Positions 1 to 10,277 of a DNA stretch of 64,000 nucleotides are shown one piece after another. A program made the position numbers and the translations under genes. This DNA comes from a virus. The notes under the pieces are model-generated. The model saw only the letters and a program-made list of their open reading frames with translations, was not told the DNA's origin and made no database searches. Within the stretch, counting starts at the first letter, position 1, and each line of letters opens with the position of its first letter. The stretch spans positions 27,985-91,984 of IMG/VR virus record IMGVR_UViG_3300032223_002784; one strand, 5' to 3'.

Positions 1-1355
1 TATTGAAATGTAGAAATAGAAGCAACATGCTTAAACTTCTTACGCAAATATTCTTTTACTTCTCCACGACGACGATCCATAAAATCTGTATCAATATCGG
101 GAAAATCATTACGCTCTGGATTAATAAAGCGAAAAAACAATAAGTCATAAACGATTGGGTCTACTTCTGTAATACCCATCAAATAACATACTAAAGATCC
201 AGCAGCGGATCCTCGTCCTGGGCCAACCATGATTTCATTTGTCTTTGCCCAACCAACCATATCACCAACAACAAGGAAATAACTAGCAAAGTTTTTGTCA
301 TCAATGATCTTAAGCTCTTCTTGGAGTCTTTCTCTGTATCTCTCATTATCTAGTCCTTTTTCTATTAGAGATTCTTCACACATTTTTTTAACTGTTTTTA
401 GTGCATTTGCTTTTGGTACTGGCAGCAAGTCAAGATTCTCATGAAAATCATAAACTTCAACCTTATTAGATATTTCTATTGTTGATTCGTATATATCTTT
501 TCTTGTAATCCCCGCTTTTTCAAAGTCCATACTAATTTCAGAATAGGATTGAATATAAACGTTAATATCAGCGAAAGAAATAGGGCGATTGGGATAAAGA
601 TGATCAAAGCGATCAATAATATTAGATTGTGCACGACCACTTGCGTAATCTGCTTCTTTGTTTTGCGTAGGCTTTGTGGATAAGATAAGGAGGAGTTCTT
701 CCAAATCCCTCTCTTCTTTCTTTGCAAAATGACAGTCTCCTGTAGCAACTGGCTTCACCCCAAACTCGTCTGCTAATGAAAGCAATGCGGTATTTAAACT
801 TTCAGGGTTATGGGCTTGAACTTCAATGTAAAAATCTTTTCCAAAACGTTCTTTGAATGATTTAACATATTCTCTTGCCTTTTCATTATCCCCACGTTCA
901 ATTGCTTTGGAAATAAGTCCATTCATACACCCTGACACTACAATTATACCGTCACCGAATTCAAAAAGGGCTTCCATATCAATTCGTGGCTTGTGATAAT
1001 AACCTTCGGTCCAAGCAATCTGTGAAAGCTTTTGTAAATTCTTTACGCCTTCATCATTTTTTGCAAGCAAAATAATGTGATTATAGAGTGAAGTATTGTC
1101 ATCACGCTTTGAAACAGCTCTTTTATCAAATCTATCTGTTGCAGAGATATATGCTTCTAGACCTAGAATGGGCTTCATTCCCAATTCTTTTGCAGCAATC
1201 TGCATGTCTCTATGGGAAGCTAGCGACCCATGATCTGTAATAGACAAACATGACTGACCTTGATTCTTTGCAGCCTCAAGTAATTCGTGAGGTGTATTAA
1301 GCCCATCCATCAACGAGTAATGGCTATGGACATGTAAATGTACAAAGTCAGACAT
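1..1355 (-). CDS. dnaE: DNA polymerase III alpha subunit (family C), N-terminal part; runs off left edge
   Basis: Manual translation from ATG 1355 (absent from ORF track): MSDFVHLHVHSHYSLMDG, TDHG (PHP domain), GPGRGSAAGSLV, FINPER, PDIDTDF. Confidence 0.96.
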   Translation of the reverse strand, partial: MSDFVHLHVHSHYSLMDGLNTPHELLEAAKNQGQSCLSITDHGSLASHRDMQIAAKELGMKPILGLEAYISATDRFDKRAVSKRDDNTSLYNHIILLAKNDEGVKNLQKLSQIAWTEGYYHKPRIDMEALFEFGDGIIVVSGCMNGLISKAIERGDNEKAREYVKSFKERFGKDFYIEVQAHNPESLNTALLSLADEFGVKPVATGDCHFAKKEERDLEELLLILSTKPTQNKEADYASGRAQSNIIDRFDHLYPNRPISFADINVYIQSYSEISMDFEKAGITRKDIYESTIEISNKVEVYDFHENLDLLPVPKANALKTVKKMCEESLIEKGLDNERYRERLQEELKIIDDKNFASYFLVVGDMVGWAKTNEIMVGPGRGSAAGSLVCYLMGITEVDPIVYDLLFFRFINPERNDFPDIDTDFMDRRRGEVKEYLRKKFKHVASISTFQ

Positions 1356-1382
1356 GTTTATCTTTTCTATTAGTTTTTTAGT

Positions 1383-2060
1383 TTACCACTCAACGGCTGA
1401 TGAGGATGATGAAGCAGTTTCTCCAGATGAGTCTGAAGTAATTCCTAGATAGAAATTCTCCTGCTCTTCGTATGGAACATCACGTACTGCTGATTTTTCA
1501 AGATCAAATAGTTCGTGCTTAGTTAAATCAATTGGAGAAGCATCTGCAGTTGGCAGAGGAATAATTGAATAATTAGTCTCTGTTGAAGTGCCTGTACGCT
1601 TTAACTTCCAATTAAGATTTGAAATGCTTCCAGTCTCTCCTGCATAATTAATAATCTCAGGAGTTGCAGATTTTGGTCCTGCGCCTTGTGAAAAGATTGC
1701 AACGTAAGGCTCTTCAGTACCGTCATCAACAAGAACGTTGGCGTAGAATCGTGAACGACCCTTCCAGCCAGCCTTGATGTCACGGCGATGTTGTTCGCAA
1801 CCAAAGCAACGGCCTTGGTCTTCAATTGTGCAAAGAGCTTTTCGCTTGTAATCTTTTGGATTTGTGTGTTCAATTGCAATAAATGCTAAACCAGCTTTTT
1901 CCAAATAACTTGGTGAGTCTGGATCAATTTCTTGCATAAAACGGATTTTTAGAGATTGACCATCTTTAAGTTGTAGCCATCTTCCTTTTTGTGAATCACC
2001 AGTGTTTGCTGGTTTGTCCATTGCCTTGTTCATGGCATTTAAGCCTTTTACTATTCCCAT
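1383..2060 (-). CDS. Single-stranded DNA-binding protein (phage type)
   Basis: Lies between primase and polymerase; Cys cluster; acidic Ser-rich tail ending in an aromatic residue (SSSSAVEW). Confidence 0.7.
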   Translation of the reverse strand: MGIVKGLNAMNKAMDKPANTGDSQKGRWLQLKDGQSLKIRFMQEIDPDSPSYLEKAGLAFIAIEHTNPKDYKRKALCTIEDQGRCFGCEQHRRDIKAGWKGRSRFYANVLVDDGTEEPYVAIFSQGAGPKSATPEIINYAGETGSISNLNWKLKRTGTSTETNYSIIPLPTADASPIDLTKHELFDLEKSAVRDVPYEEQENFYLGITSDSSGETASSSSSAVEW

Positions 2061-2111
2061 ATATTTCTCCTTAGTGTAAGGGGCTGTTTGGTGCCCTGTG
2101 TTTCTATTATA

Positions 2112-3071
2112 TCATAAAAGTGCATACTCAAAGTGCGGAATTGCACTCTTTACGCATATTTTTATTTCTTCATCTGTGAGATCTCCCACATCTTTGGCTC
2201 CATGTGGATAGACTGTGTTATAGTCATATGATGCCCAAAGAATATTTTTATTCTTTAATTTGTTAGCGATTGTACTTCCAAGTGCTCTTCCAGCAGTATC
2301 ATTATCTGTCATTATAATAATGGTAGATGAATACTTGTTTAAATGATTAATGTTGGTATCTGAGATACTTCCACCTAATGTAGCGACAGCATTTGGATAT
2401 CCCGCCTGCCATAATCGTATAGCATCAAAGCTAGACTCAACAACGATTATTGTTCCACCTTCACGCTTAGCTCTATGCAAATTAAACATTGTTTTATTTC
2501 GTGGAAGGTTGGGGCTATTTTTAAAAGACTTGCCCTCTATTGATCTTCCAATAATACCAACGGGTAGGCCATCTGGTGAGTGTAATGGCACAGTGACCAT
2601 GCTCATATTTTCAGAATATCCTAATGAAAAGTGTGCAATGGCATCATAATTAATTTTACGTGAGGCAAAATACTCTTTGGCTTTTTCATTAGACAACAGA
2701 TTATTATATAACTTGGCAAGAGTCTCTTTTGGAAATTCTGTAAAGTCTGGCTTTTCATCAAGAAGTTCTTTTAACCCGTCCTCAAATGCTTCTCCCTCAG
2801 ATTGCTTGTTTGCGGATATAAAACGCAAAGCTTCAAAATCATTTCTTTTTGTAAGTGCTTTAACTAAATCTAATATTGTTCCAGAGGAGTTGCAATTTTG
2901 GTTATAGCAGATGTATAAGCCTTTTGAATAACTTACTGCAAATGCTGGAGAGTCTGTATTATGATGAAAAGGACATAGGCATAAAAAGTCTGTTCCTGTT
3001 TCTGAAACTACTTCAATATTGCAAGAACGCAGAATAGAGCGGAGATCCGCCTTACTATATGCATCTGTCAT
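2112..3071 (-). CDS. dnaG: DNA primase (CHC2 zinc finger + TOPRIM)
   Basis: CPFH...C..C zinc finger; VVESSFD and DND TOPRIM motifs. Confidence 0.92.
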   Translation of the reverse strand: MTDAYSKADLRSILRSCNIEVVSETGTDFLCLCPFHHNTDSPAFAVSYSKGLYICYNQNCNSSGTILDLVKALTKRNDFEALRFISANKQSEGEAFEDGLKELLDEKPDFTEFPKETLAKLYNNLLSNEKAKEYFASRKINYDAIAHFSLGYSENMSMVTVPLHSPDGLPVGIIGRSIEGKSFKNSPNLPRNKTMFNLHRAKREGGTIIVVESSFDAIRLWQAGYPNAVATLGGSISDTNINHLNKYSSTIIIMTDNDTAGRALGSTIANKLKNKNILWASYDYNTVYPHGAKDVGDLTDEEIKICVKSAIPHFEYALL

Positions 3072-3356
3072 TTATTTTCCTTTAAGTATTAAACTCTGAC
3101 CCGAAAATCCTTCATATTGAAGTGCCTTGGATTTTCCAAGATACATTCCATACATAACGAGATTGAAAGAATAGTGATCTTTCTCTTCATTATATTTTAC
3201 ATTAAACTGTGGCTGCATGTCAAGTACAGGAACATATCCTTTATCCCGCATCTGCTGGACTAGAAGTCTCTCGTAATTTTCTCTTGAGCTTTGGAATATA
3301 GAGTCATCTTTGATTGTCCCACTAATCCAAAAGTCATGTATCTTTCTTGGGTACAT
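3072..3356 (-). CDS. Hypothetical protein
   Basis: 94-aa ORF abutting primase, with an upstream extended -10. Confidence 0.75.
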   Translation of the reverse strand: MYPRKIHDFWISGTIKDDSIFQSSRENYERLLVQQMRDKGYVPVLDMQPQFNVKYNEEKDHYSFNLVMYGMYLGKSKALQYEGFSGQSLILKGK

Positions 3357-3407
3357 GATCCACCTATCTTTGGTACAATTATACCAAGATAAGCAGTCAT
3401 TACATAT

Positions 3408-4634
3408 TTATTGAATTGGGTTATCATAAAGCTCAGTTACAATTCCCCGATTTATATCCCAATCTAAATAAAAGCCAAACTCTGTACCATGACGATTTTT
3501 TCTACTAACAATTTCCATGATGTTTGTATCTGGAGTTTTGTGAATTGCAATTGCCATATCTGCATCATATTCAATAGCCTTTGACCAAGCCACCTGATTA
3601 AGCATTGGTGGAGAATCATGGTCTGATGACTCTTCGGCGGTTGCTGCAGTAATATCAATTACTGGAATATTATTTCTGACTGCAAGCATTTTAAATTCAC
3701 GAGAAATATTCATGTTACGCTCTGTAGGAGCTTTTGAGTTATTTGAATCAGAAAATAATTGATGATAATCTACAATGACAAGATCTGGCTTATGCTGGTC
3801 AATCTTGGCTTGAACTGTTGTAGGTGTTACTTGACCTGAACCTTCATTGGACACCAAGATGAATTGATTTTTGTCTGCAAACTTTTTTGTTCCCCAGTCA
3901 TCAAAAGCATCAATATCAATTGCTCCTCTTGAAAAATCTGAAGCTTTAAATAAACCAGAGCCCATCATAGTATAAATACGGTCTCTCATGTTTTCTGGAG
4001 TCATTTCAAGTGAAACAATCATAGGCTTAAAACCCTGTTCCCAAGCCTTACAGGCTAGATAAGATGAGAACCATGTCTTACCCTTACCTGGCCAACCAAT
4101 CATCACTATAAGGTGTCCTGGAGCCATTCCAGTGGGGTAGGCATAGTCAATAGCCTTAAACCCTGTCATAATTCCTGGACTTCCGCCCATCGCATTTGAA
4201 CGATCTCTTACTGCTTCAAAATGCTTTTCTGCAGATTTAAAATCTGTAAGGTCAACATCTCTTACATTAGCAGTTAATTTGCCAAGACTATTTAGTTCAG
4301 ATTGCATTTGAGAAATAACTCTTCCCGACGCTTCTGTTTTTAGACTTGCACCAGAGGTGAGAAGAAGGTTTCTTAATCTACCAGCAAGGTATTCATTTTT
4401 TAATCTGTCAACATAATAAGCAGTCTCGCCTTTTACCTTCTCTGGTTCAAAGTCTTTAAATCTTTCAGTAAGAACTGAGATATCTGGAACAGCCTTAAAT
4501 TTAAGGTAATAGGACTTTAGGCCTTCCCAAACATCTCTGTGGGAAGTAAAGACTTCATCAATATTATCTGCAAGAACCGTAGAAATATCTTTGTTCTCAC
4601 ATACTGCCGTGATGACTGCGGATTCAGTGTTCAT
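3408..4634 (-). CDS. dnaB: DnaB-like replicative helicase
   Basis: Walker A GWPGKGKT, SLEM, IVDYHQL, IEYDAD, KNRHG; ATG at 4634 preferred. Confidence 0.93.
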   Translation of the reverse strand: MNTESAVITAVCENKDISTVLADNIDEVFTSHRDVWEGLKSYYLKFKAVPDISVLTERFKDFEPEKVKGETAYYVDRLKNEYLAGRLRNLLLTSGASLKTEASGRVISQMQSELNSLGKLTANVRDVDLTDFKSAEKHFEAVRDRSNAMGGSPGIMTGFKAIDYAYPTGMAPGHLIVMIGWPGKGKTWFSSYLACKAWEQGFKPMIVSLEMTPENMRDRIYTMMGSGLFKASDFSRGAIDIDAFDDWGTKKFADKNQFILVSNEGSGQVTPTTVQAKIDQHKPDLVIVDYHQLFSDSNNSKAPTERNMNISREFKMLAVRNNIPVIDITAATAEESSDHDSPPMLNQVAWSKAIEYDADMAIAIHKTPDTNIMEIVSRKNRHGTEFGFYLDWDINRGIVTELYDNPIQ

Positions 4635-4956
4635 TGTCTCTTTCTTCAACCATAGATTTTGTCTTTGCCCTGATTAATTCCCGACGGGATTTATCTTCTT
4701 GTGTTTGTTGTAAAGTTAAATCTAGCTTTTCAAAGTTATAAAAAAACCAAGATATAGGATGCCCTGGCTTTGAGATCTTAAAATAATATTCTAATAGTAC
4801 CTTGGCTCTGTCATATCCAACACTATCAACTACATCTTGCATAGCCCACTTTTCACGGTACCTATTTACAATTGCAGTCTTCTTATAAACTTCTTTATAA
4901 AGAGTACAATAAAGCCCAACTAAGCCGTAGGCTAGCTTTGCTTCATCTTTGGTCAT
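4624..4956 (-). CDS. Hypothetical protein (possible helicase loader or replication accessory)
   Basis: Overlaps helicase start; function inferred from position only. Confidence 0.6.
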   Translation of the reverse strand: MTKDEAKLAYGLVGLYCTLYKEVYKKTAIVNRYREKWAMQDVVDSVGYDRAKVLLEYYFKISKPGHPISWFFYNFEKLDLTLQQTQEDKSRRELIRAKTKSMVEERDNEH

Positions 4957-5171
4957 TTCTTTCCTTTACCCTTAGTCAATTCATCTTCAATTTCGTTAAC
5001 TTTTTCCATTAACTTGTTCTCAACGAAAGTATACACCCTATTGGTGGCTTCATCAATACTTTCATTGTCCCTCTTAAAATCTTCAATTCCAATTCCAACC
5101 TTAAGGCTTTCATAATTTCCTAGGTTGCGAGTAAATTGTAATTCAACCTTAACGTTCGTTTGGTTCGTCAT
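4953..5171 (-). CDS. Hypothetical protein
   Basis: 72-aa ORF in an overlapping operon. Confidence 0.7.
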   Translation of the reverse strand: MTNQTNVKVELQFTRNLGNYESLKVGIGIEDFKRDNESIDEATNRVYTFVENKLMEKVNEIEDELTKGKGKK

Positions 5172-5388
5172 CTTTTACATCGTCCCTTTCAATTAAAGCA
5201 AACCCTGGCTTAAACTTCTTAGTACCTTTGTCTGCAAGATGCTGATACAACATCATCAGTCTGTCTGATATGGCTATCATACCATCTAGGTCATCCTTTT
5301 GTCCAGCGATCTCCATTGCATATTCTAAAACTCTAATTGCTGAATCTAATACTTGTTTTGCTTCTTTACTTAATTTATCATTTACCAT
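5149..5388 (-). CDS. Hypothetical protein
   Basis: 79-aa ORF in an overlapping operon. Confidence 0.65.
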   Translation of the reverse strand: MVNDKLSKEAKQVLDSAIRVLEYAMEIAGQKDDLDGMIAISDRLMMLYQHLADKGTKKFKPGFALIERDDVKDDEPNER

Positions 5389-5897
5389 TCAGGTTGCTTC
5401 CAAACTGGGACAAATTCCCCTTCATTGTTTTTAACATATAAGATGTTCTCTTGTTTCATTATAGCTTCTATTTCCGCTCTACTAGGCATATCTCCTGGGG
5501 TGATCCCGCCATCTAATCTTGGTCTACCTCTATGAACTGTTTTAAAGAAATCATGCATTTTTCTAACGTCGTCTTCACTCCAAAAATATTTTCCTGGAGT
5601 TTTATTTCCATTTAAAGAATAAATTTGTTGCGGAAACTTTATATCTCCACGATATAGATGCCACTTAATGGTGTCTTCATGCTTACCAATAATTTTAACA
5701 ACTTCAGAGATTGGGTAAGCGTGTTGTTTATTTTTATTAACTTCCGTCAAATTATAAGCAACACGCTTTTCCAACTGATAGTCCCAAGCGACTAATAGGT
5801 CCTCGGCTCGTGAACGTCTTAAAACTTTATGCAACTTGGAATTTAAATAGAAATACCGAAGTTGTGGTGTAGTTTTTCCTCGTTTTTTGCGATCCAT
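5382..5897 (-). CDS. Putative helix-turn-helix DNA-binding protein
   Basis: YPISEVVKIIGKHEDTIKWHLYRG resembles a MerR/excisionase-type HTH. Confidence 0.6.
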   Translation of the reverse strand: MDRKKRGKTTPQLRYFYLNSKLHKVLRRSRAEDLLVAWDYQLEKRVAYNLTEVNKNKQHAYPISEVVKIIGKHEDTIKWHLYRGDIKFPQQIYSLNGNKTPGKYFWSEDDVRKMHDFFKTVHRGRPRLDGGITPGDMPSRAEIEAIMKQENILYVKNNEGEFVPVWKQPEW

Positions 5898-6028
5898 GAT
5901 GCAAACCTATTTTCTCTTCTGACCATCCATCTTTTGCCACACATAATGCAAAAAAGCTCCACACGTAAATTCTGGGCATAAACCCTGTCTACGAATACTC
6001 TTCCCTTGCATTTTTTGCATTTCATCAT
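5843..6028 (-). CDS. Small zinc-ribbon protein
   Basis: CKKC...CIMC. Confidence 0.65.
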   Translation of the reverse strand: MMKCKKCKGRVFVDRVYAQNLRVELFCIMCGKRWMVRRENRFASWIAKNEEKLHHNFGISI

Positions 6029-6047
6029 TATTTAATTGTTTATCTGA

Positions 6048-6227
6048 TTACTTAGCTGCTGGCTTTGCCTTGTCAATAACAGCCTTAAGAACTGGACCAA
6101 GTACACCAACGAGTGCTGCCCATGCTACCTTCTTAATATCATGGTTTCCACCCTGATAAATGGCTACTGCTGCGGTTGCAGTCGCATATAGATAATGCTC
6201 TACAAGTACCTTTGTCTTTGCGTTCAT
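6048..6227 (-). CDS. Small membrane protein, holin-like (59 aa, not in ORF track)
   Basis: MNAKTKVLVEHYLYATATAAVAIYQGGNHDIKKVAWAALVGVLGPVLKAVIDKAKPAAK; AGGAG RBS; two hydrophobic segments and a basic C-terminus. Confidence 0.65.
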   Translation of the reverse strand: MNAKTKVLVEHYLYATATAAVAIYQGGNHDIKKVAWAALVGVLGPVLKAVIDKAKPAAK

Positions 6228-6244
6228 TTGTTTCTCCTTATATG

Positions 6245-7006
6245 TTATGCGGTAAAAATTTTACCGTCAACTACACAAGTGTAGTCTCTTGTTATTTGGA
6301 TTAATTGCATGTGTGGATAGTCATTGACAACATGTGCCACTGCAAATCCAGCCTGCCAATTCTTTTGAATTGAATAATCCATCTTGGTTTCATCGCATAG
6401 GTGGCCAATTTCATATCCACGTTGCTCTTGCCCCGTGATATTGTATGTTTGAAAATAGGCTCCCATGCGGTGAGAATGTCCACGAACTAGAGAAACTCCC
6501 CAGTTGTTGACATCATTACGTACAGATTCTCCAGAGTGTTTAGAAATGGACTCGCCATGATGACCATACATATCACCATAGCGTTTAACAGGAGGCTCGT
6601 TATATTCGTGCCAGTTAATGCCATGCTTTTTATATTCATAGAGTGAATCTGGTGTAATGAATTCTAGAAATGCTGGAGCTTTCTTTGCCAAGTAATCACC
6701 ATGTCTTGTCCAGCCATGATTACCATCGTGAAAATGTAATTCTGCTTCTGGTCCTGCAATCTGTCTAAGATCTGCAAGAAAATCTCTTGTTCCTGTTACT
6801 CCGCCATCACTGACTGGAATACTAAATTCTGCAGGATATTCTGCTGCCCAACGTGATGTTGAATCTGCATCGTCAATGTCTCCAAGTAGGTCAACTGCGT
6901 CTGGCTTGAACCACTTCATAACTTTCATAAAGAGTTCTACTTTTCTTGGATCATGGCGGGGGAAATGAATATCCGATACCATCATCCACTTTAAGTCATT
7001 AGTCAT
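6245..7006 (-). CDS. Calcineurin-like metallophosphoesterase
   Basis: SDIH, GDIDD, GNHG, HHG, GHSH motifs. Confidence 0.88.
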   Translation of the reverse strand: MTNDLKWMMVSDIHFPRHDPRKVELFMKVMKWFKPDAVDLLGDIDDADSTSRWAAEYPAEFSIPVSDGGVTGTRDFLADLRQIAGPEAELHFHDGNHGWTRHGDYLAKKAPAFLEFITPDSLYEYKKHGINWHEYNEPPVKRYGDMYGHHGESISKHSGESVRNDVNNWGVSLVRGHSHRMGAYFQTYNITGQEQRGYEIGHLCDETKMDYSIQKNWQAGFAVAHVVNDYPHMQLIQITRDYTCVVDGKIFTA

Positions 7007-7057
7007 ATAATCCTTTTTCTAGGTTTAGTTAATTGTAGCGTACTATGTTATATTCTG

Positions 7058-7318
7058 TCAAGCAACGTGTGCTTTGTTATGTTCTATTCTTGAGCATAAA
7101 AAAAGATTAACTAATCTATTATCTGTTTTATCTTTATTTATGTGATGAATGGTTTCCCAATCTTCAATAACTCTATTTAGTTGTTTTTCTATCATCAGTC
7201 TGTGTTCATAATAAAAGCCCCTGAAGGCTTTTGGATGTTCGGGGACTCTGATTAATACATAGCCTTCCCGACTAATTCTTCTATCACGTTTTGTCCAAAC
7301 TCTGATAGGAGTATACAT
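7058..7318 (-). CDS. HNH endonuclease
   Basis: YEHRL...IHHINKDKTDNRLVNL...H. Confidence 0.85.
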   Translation of the reverse strand: MYTPIRVWTKRDRRISREGYVLIRVPEHPKAFRGFYYEHRLMIEKQLNRVIEDWETIHHINKDKTDNRLVNLFLCSRIEHNKAHVA

Positions 7319-7339
7319 TATTAAATTTTAGAACTTCTC

Positions 7340-7744
7340 TTAAGCATCTAGTGTATCTCCTTCAACGTGCGTGGATATATCTTTTTCACTAACTTTAAGA
7401 ACTTCTTTACTAACCCATTCTATCACATCTGGATTGGTAATGTGCCTTCTTTTTGAATCGCTTATAAGATATATTTTACCATCTGCAATGTTTTGGACCA
7501 AAGATCCATCTCTAAAGCCCAACACTCCTGTTATTCCAAATCCCGCCATTTTGGATTCTGTTGTAATAACGACGGGAAGATCCCATGACAACATTGCCTT
7601 TTCTGAAACAAATTTAAATCTTTTTACACCTTTGATGTAAAAATATCCTTTTTCAGTATGAGCAATTAATCCGCTAGGGACTATAGGGTTGTATGTTTTA
7701 TTGCTTTGTGTTTGTTTTTTCTGAAAGGCTTTGAGAATATTCAT
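7340..7744 (-). CDS. Hypothetical protein
   Basis: 134-aa ORF. Confidence 0.7.
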   Translation of the reverse strand: MNILKAFQKKQTQSNKTYNPIVPSGLIAHTEKGYFYIKGVKRFKFVSEKAMLSWDLPVVITTESKMAGFGITGVLGFRDGSLVQNIADGKIYLISDSKRRHITNPDVIEWVSKEVLKVSEKDISTHVEGDTLDA

Positions 7745-7886
7745 CTATAGCTTTCTGCTTATCTTCTTGATCCTGCATTACTTGTGTAATTTCTGCTCTA
7801 AGTACAGCGATTTGAGTCTCATAATTTGAAACTAATTCACCAATACGTTGTTGTAGAGCAGTAATGATTAATTCTGCTTTATCCAT
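7698..7886 (-). CDS. Small coiled-coil protein
   Basis: Heptad-like sequence. Confidence 0.65.
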   Translation of the reverse strand: MDKAELIITALQQRIGELVSNYETQIAVLRAEITQVMQDQEDKQKAIDEYSQSLSEKTNTKQ

Positions 7887-7902
7887 TGTATTCCGTTTCT
7901 AT

Positions 7903-8184
7903 TTACTTGGTTATAGTAGAGGCTGTTTTGTCTGCTGCTGCTTGAGCTGACAATTCTGCTGCCTGAGCTGCTTCAAGAGATTTAATCTCATTTTGCAAAA
8001 CTAACTTTTGAGAAGCAATACTTGCAAGTTGTAAATTTACGCCATCAATGTTTGATTGATTTGGAATTGTTACTGCTTGAGACTCAAGTAGGCTAATCTG
8101 TTGATTATACTCAGAATATAGGATATTCTTCAAGTGTTGCTGCACAATTGTGAGCTTGTCTTCTACGCTTAATTCTAGATTCAT
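7903..8184 (-). CDS. Coiled-coil hypothetical protein
   Basis: AGGAGG RBS and extended -10 upstream. Confidence 0.7.
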   Translation of the reverse strand: MNLELSVEDKLTIVQQHLKNILYSEYNQQISLLESQAVTIPNQSNIDGVNLQLASIASQKLVLQNEIKSLEAAQAAELSAQAAADKTASTITK

Positions 8185-8218
8185 TTTGTTTCCTCCTTTC
8201 TTATTATACCATTATAGC

Positions 8219-9124
8219 TTACTTTGAGTCAACTAAGACTTCTCTGTTTTCAAAGTCTAACCCCGCAAAAAGGCCATATTCAGATAAAGACCTTTCCTCG
8301 CCTAAATGTAATTTTCCAACTTTTTTAAAGACAAAAGTATCTATAATTTCTTTTTTAGAGATTACATCAATTTCTGCAAATTGATCTTGAAAATCAGACC
8401 ATATTAACCTTCTCATATTTTTAGGCGGGTTTGTGTGGTCAAAGTATAAATGCGACATAAATTGTTTTGTTGGAACCACTGGGGTAAATCCGTTAGTATA
8501 TGCCCTTGCTGCAATAAAAATTTCTTCTCCATAAAAAGCTATGTCTGTATTGGGTGTTATAAATGGCCCAACTGTAAAAACAGAGCCACCTGAGATTGAT
8601 CTTGAAAAAATGTTGTCTTTTGGGTTTGGCATAGCTGTTTGTGTTGGTATCATTATATCTTTAAACTGTTGTACATTTTCATGAAAACTAATTTCTGAAA
8701 CTGAATTTCCACGATCTTCGTCTATTGAGAAATCATCATTATACCAATAGTTTTTTGGATAATTAGTTATTAATGGTTTTTTAATTCCCATAGACTGATA
8801 TTCTTGTGTAAGATTAACTAAATATTCATCCCATCCATCTATAAATCTGCTATGTGAATCTATTTGAAAATAATAATCTTCTCCGTTATAAAAACTATGA
8901 GCTATTGATCTTCCAACTCCCAGCCCTATATTCTCTGGAGCCTTGCTTACTTTATACTTTACACATTCTAGTTCTGGTATAGTAATTTCTTGTTTTTCAA
9001 AATAACAAAGATGTACTCCAAAATTAATTTGATATTTTCCAGAACTTTTATTTATAGCATCCCTGATAGTTCTAGGTAACTCAAAATCATGATATGCAGC
9101 TAATTGAATAAATATACTTTTCAT
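8219..9124 (-). CDS. GT60-like polypeptide/hydroxyproline alpha-GlcNAc-transferase family glycosyltransferase
   Basis: IFIQLAAYHDFEL..TI, YYFQIDSHSRF..GWD (DSH motif) and FYGEEI match recalled motifs of the Gnt1/OGNT family. Confidence 0.75.
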   Translation of the reverse strand: MKSIFIQLAAYHDFELPRTIRDAINKSSGKYQINFGVHLCYFEKQEITIPELECVKYKVSKAPENIGLGVGRSIAHSFYNGEDYYFQIDSHSRFIDGWDEYLVNLTQEYQSMGIKKPLITNYPKNYWYNDDFSIDEDRGNSVSEISFHENVQQFKDIMIPTQTAMPNPKDNIFSRSISGGSVFTVGPFITPNTDIAFYGEEIFIAARAYTNGFTPVVPTKQFMSHLYFDHTNPPKNMRRLIWSDFQDQFAEIDVISKKEIIDTFVFKKVGKLHLGEERSLSEYGLFAGLDFENREVLVDSK

Positions 9125-10101
9125 AAATTTTCTCCGTATGGTTGCTCTTTATTATACTTTATTTGTGGTATTCCAGCAAATACTTCTGGCAAAGGTTCGT
9201 TGTTAAATGTGGGTTTTTTAAATAATTCTGGGTTTTCTTCACCCATTTTTTTTCTTTTTAAATAAAGATTAATACAGTATGCTGCTGCTGAGTTGCCTGC
9301 CTGATATTCTAGGTTATTATATGACCCGTATCTTGCTTGAAACTTAGAGTATATAAAATCGTGATGATAACAATGAAAATGATAATAGTTTTTGTAATAA
9401 TCTAACCAGTCAGATCCAGAATCAATGGTATCAATTACCTTAACATTTTTTTCTTTATATACAGAAGACAAGATTATTTCTGCTGCGTACAATGAACATA
9501 CGCCAGTGCTTAAGCCTATTGTTCCTCTAAAAAAGGATTTGCCCCATTCACCATCATCATGCCATCCATAATATATATTTTTACAAAGATCATCTGATAA
9601 CCTCATAATTTCTATTAAATTTTCTTTTGAACAAATTATTGTTGGACCCATATCGCTTATTCTTTTATACTCTGGATAACCAAACATTCTGGCTGCAACA
9701 TAATAGTCTTTTATTTGATTTTCATTTGTCGTATAGTTCCCTCTTCCAATATATATATCATGTTTATTAAATGGAAATTCATTCATTTTTGAAGTAAATA
9801 AAACATCTGTATCTGTTTTACAAACATAGTCATATTCTTCAAGATATTCTGGTTTATCATATGGAAAAACTAAAGATTTAGCAAAACTATAATCTTTATA
9901 ATATTTTTTTTCTGGAACAATATATTTAAATACTTTAACATTTGTGTATAAATCTATATAATCCGCTACATCTGGATGAGCATAAATTATAAAAGTAAAT
10001 CTTTCATCTAAATCCTGACCGCTAAAAGTCATTAGATTGCATTCGTCTATAAATTTATTATTCCAAAATTCATCAACATATGCTGTTATTGCAATTTTCA
10101 T
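9121..10101 (-). CDS. Putative GT-A fold glycosyltransferase
   Basis: YDYVCKTDTDVLFT (DxD) and a late HFHCYH; start at MKIAITAY through an ATGA overlap. Confidence 0.55.
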   Translation of the reverse strand: MKIAITAYVDEFWNNKFIDECNLMTFSGQDLDERFTFIIYAHPDVADYIDLYTNVKVFKYIVPEKKYYKDYSFAKSLVFPYDKPEYLEEYDYVCKTDTDVLFTSKMNEFPFNKHDIYIGRGNYTTNENQIKDYYVAARMFGYPEYKRISDMGPTIICSKENLIEIMRLSDDLCKNIYYGWHDDGEWGKSFFRGTIGLSTGVCSLYAAEIILSSVYKEKNVKVIDTIDSGSDWLDYYKNYYHFHCYHHDFIYSKFQARYGSYNNLEYQAGNSAAAYCINLYLKRKKMGEENPELFKKPTFNNEPLPEVFAGIPQIKYNKEQPYGENL

Positions 10102-10193
10102 TTTAACCCCAAATTGCTGATGCACAAGTTGCATAAACCATTTGGATCTATTTGCGCCATACTTATTGGAAAAAAGTATTTATTATTATTCAT
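10098..10193 (-). pseudogene. 31-aa remnant resembling the N-terminus of a radical SAM protein
   Basis: MNNNKYFFPISMAQIDPNGLCNLCISNLGLK*; breaks off where CxxxCxxC would be. Confidence 0.35.
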
Positions 10194-10277
10194 TTTATTG
10201 AATCACTGGTCCTTGTCTGTTAATGTATATTTGTAGTGTTGTGTAAAAATCTTATATGAATGAAGAATCATTATTTA

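Noticed and set aside
476-748. 90-aa hydrophobic ORF in the track
   Set aside because: Alternate frame inside dnaE, which is continuous from 1355 to the window edge
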